Origin: a virus
Taxonomy: Duplodnaviria; Caudoviricetes
Strand: one strand, 5' to 3'
Virus record (IMG/VR): IMGVR_UViG_3300046786_001162
Span: 1-27,886 of that record
DNA length: 27,886 bases
Shown: in pieces, positions 27,245 to 27,886 of the stretch
How positions within the stretch are numbered: position 1 is the first letter of the stretch
Layout: every line of letters begins with the position of its first letter
Notes under the pieces: model-generated
The model's input: the letters and a program-made list of their open reading frames with translations, nothing else
Databases searched by the model: none
Told to the model about the DNA's origin: nothing
Position numbers and translations under genes: made by a program

Positions 27245-27811
27245 TTAATCAAAAAGGAAGTCTTTTCCTAATATATTTTTCATTTGTTCAAGTGCTTTAG
27301 ATAATCTTTTGGAAAATGCACCTTGAGTGATTCCAAGCTTTTCAGATGCTTCTTTTTGATCTAATTGCTCAAAGAAATATACTTGTATCACTTCTTTGCT
27401 TTTGTCATTTAATTTTTCAAAAGCTTGATGAATACAAATTACATTATCAATTTTGTTGAACGGATCATCATATTGTTCAGTAAATTCAACTTCTTCTACT
27501 GACTCTTCTTTTGGAAAATATTTATCAGAGATATAACGAAATAAATTTATGTCAATTCTAGTTGATAAAAAATAAGAAAAATAAGAAAGCTTAGGATCGT
27601 ATTGGTCTATAAGCTTAATAAAAACAAATAAGGTATCACCCAAAATGTCTTCTCTATATGGAGAAAGTCTAGGTTCCTTGTAGATAATTCTTTTTACTGA
27701 TGAAATAAATAAAGGTTTGTAAAATTCATACAGTTCATATAAAGCCGTTTCATTACCAGCTTTGTACTTATATAGTAATTTATTAATTTCGTCGTAGTTC
27801 TGATCGGCCAT
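27245..27811 (-). CDS. Phage-encoded sigma-70-family alternative sigma factor (regions 2 and 4 only)
   Basis: Region 2 ALYELYEFYKPLF...YDPKLSYFSYFLSTRI. Region 4 LNDKSKEVIQVYFFEQLDQKEASEKLGITQGAFSKRLSKALEQMK. Confidence 0.88.
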   Translation of the reverse strand: MADQNYDEINKLLYKYKAGNETALYELYEFYKPLFISSVKRIIYKEPRLSPYREDILGDTLFVFIKLIDQYDPKLSYFSYFLSTRIDINLFRYISDKYFPKEESVEEVEFTEQYDDPFNKIDNVICIHQAFEKLNDKSKEVIQVYFFEQLDQKEASEKLGITQGAFSKRLSKALEQMKNILGKDFLFD

Positions 27812-27817
27812 ATAAAA

Positions 27818-27825
27818 ATTATACA
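27818..27825 (-). promoter_or_regulatory. -10 box (TGTATAAT) 6 nt before the sigma ATG; probably leaderless
   Basis: Minus strand TGTATAAT-TTTTAT-ATG, with no SD. Overlaps the probable stop of the upstream gene. Confidence 0.55.
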
Positions 27826-27886
27826 GATGCCAGTTTTGAAATTAATATGGGAACAGAATGATTTACAGAACCATTTGTACGTAAAT
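27819..27886 (-). CDS. Probable 3' end of an upstream gene (truncated by the window edge)
   Basis: Open frame LRTNGSVNHSVPILISKLASV-stop ending 7 nt before the sigma start. Too short to identify. Confidence 0.4.
   Translation of the reverse strand, partial: LRTNGSVNHSVPILISKLASV

Noticed and set aside
1-27886. Genome-wide stop-codon reassignment
   Set aside because: Long genes are intact in code 11, and TAA, TAG (480, 9258) and TGA (1749, 2618, 3729) all end genes at sensible places.
1-27886. tRNA, rRNA, CRISPR array, transposase or integrase
   Set aside because: Intergenic gaps are short and explained by promoters and terminators; no such signatures were seen.

Overview
This AT-rich window most likely comes from a large (jumbo-type) tailed phage genome and uses the standard genetic code. 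The left part (1-5780) is a nucleotide-sugar and surface-glycan cluster split into convergent units. It encodes two DegT-family PLP enzymes (one an RfbH/DdhC-type 3-dehydrase), RmlC, an HldE-type heptose kinase, a PhyH dioxygenase, DUF962/Mpo1, a GT9-like glycosyltransferase and a SAM methyltransferase. The right part (5852-27811, all minus strand) is a head-morphogenesis module. In transcription order it holds a phage sigma factor, one unknown gene, TerS, TerL, about nine unknown head-associated ORFs, portal, a 1378-aa prohead protease, an acidic scaffold-like protein, a decoration protein and a small 284-aa HK97-fold major capsid protein. The most notable observations are: (1) a portal fused to a C-terminal DUF559/Vsr nuclease domain; (2) an in-frame TGA separating a wHTH-like protein from a DUF192 domain whose N-terminus has no start codon (candidate readthrough); (3) shared short peptide signals across head proteins ([KR]-x-A-[SQA] and h-E-x-Q-L); (4) two promoter classes, leaderless GTATAAT-N6/7-ATG and SigH-like AGGW-N16-WAGAA; and (5) a 13-bp inverted repeat pairing one gene's 3' UTR with its own RBS. 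All protein calls rest on motif recognition by eye; no database searches were run.
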